Positions 63,998 through 64,000 of a stretch of DNA of 64,000 nucleotides are shown piece by piece. How positions within the stretch are numbered: position 1 is the first letter of the stretch; each line of letters opens with the position of its first letter. Origin of the DNA: a virus; the IMG/VR virus record IMGVR_UViG_3300042453_002354, positions 92,878 through 156,877 of that record. One strand, written 5' to 3'. The notes under the pieces are model-generated. The model did no database searches. It saw nothing but the letters and a program-made list of their open reading frames with translations, and was not told where the DNA came from. A program made the translations under genes and the position numbers.

Positions 63998-64000
63998 CAA

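Noticed and set aside
1-64000. Stop-codon reassignment as in some large phages
   Set aside because: Standard code gives long intact ORFs and dense packing; TAA, TAG and TGA all end genes; no suppressor tRNA seen.

Overview
AT-rich fragment of a large T4-like (myovirus-type) phage genome, standard genetic code, mostly minus-strand genes. (1) 1-25.6 kb: tail/baseplate module with tail fibres, a DUF4815/VrlC-like giant protein, gp8, an unusual gp7 fused to three RCC1-like repeat blocks, gp6, gp25 and a lysozyme-less gp5 with a C-terminal extension. (2) 25.6-42 kb: mixed block with uracil-DNA glycosylase, a secreted trypsin-like protease, tRNA-Thr, a CobS/MoxR AAA + VWA + metallopeptidase trio, a metallophosphoesterase, L-lysine 6-transaminase and an inserted adenine methyltransferase. 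(3) 42-55.8 kb: hyperplastic early region of small ORFs, punctuated by 13 near-identical ~49-bp promoter/leader elements (TTGACA-N17-GATACT plus a conserved leader; a 14th copy lies at 58.9 kb), with tRNA-Asn, a DenV-like glycosylase and duplicated HTH regulators. (4) 55.8-64 kb: four genes whose products start with a T4 internal-protein-like capsid-targeting sequence (ART-like, J-domain, P-loop kinase, unknown), a C5 methyltransferase next to a PD-(D/E)XK nuclease, another amino-methyltransferase and a tandem paralogue family. All calls are from visual motif recognition; no database searches were run.
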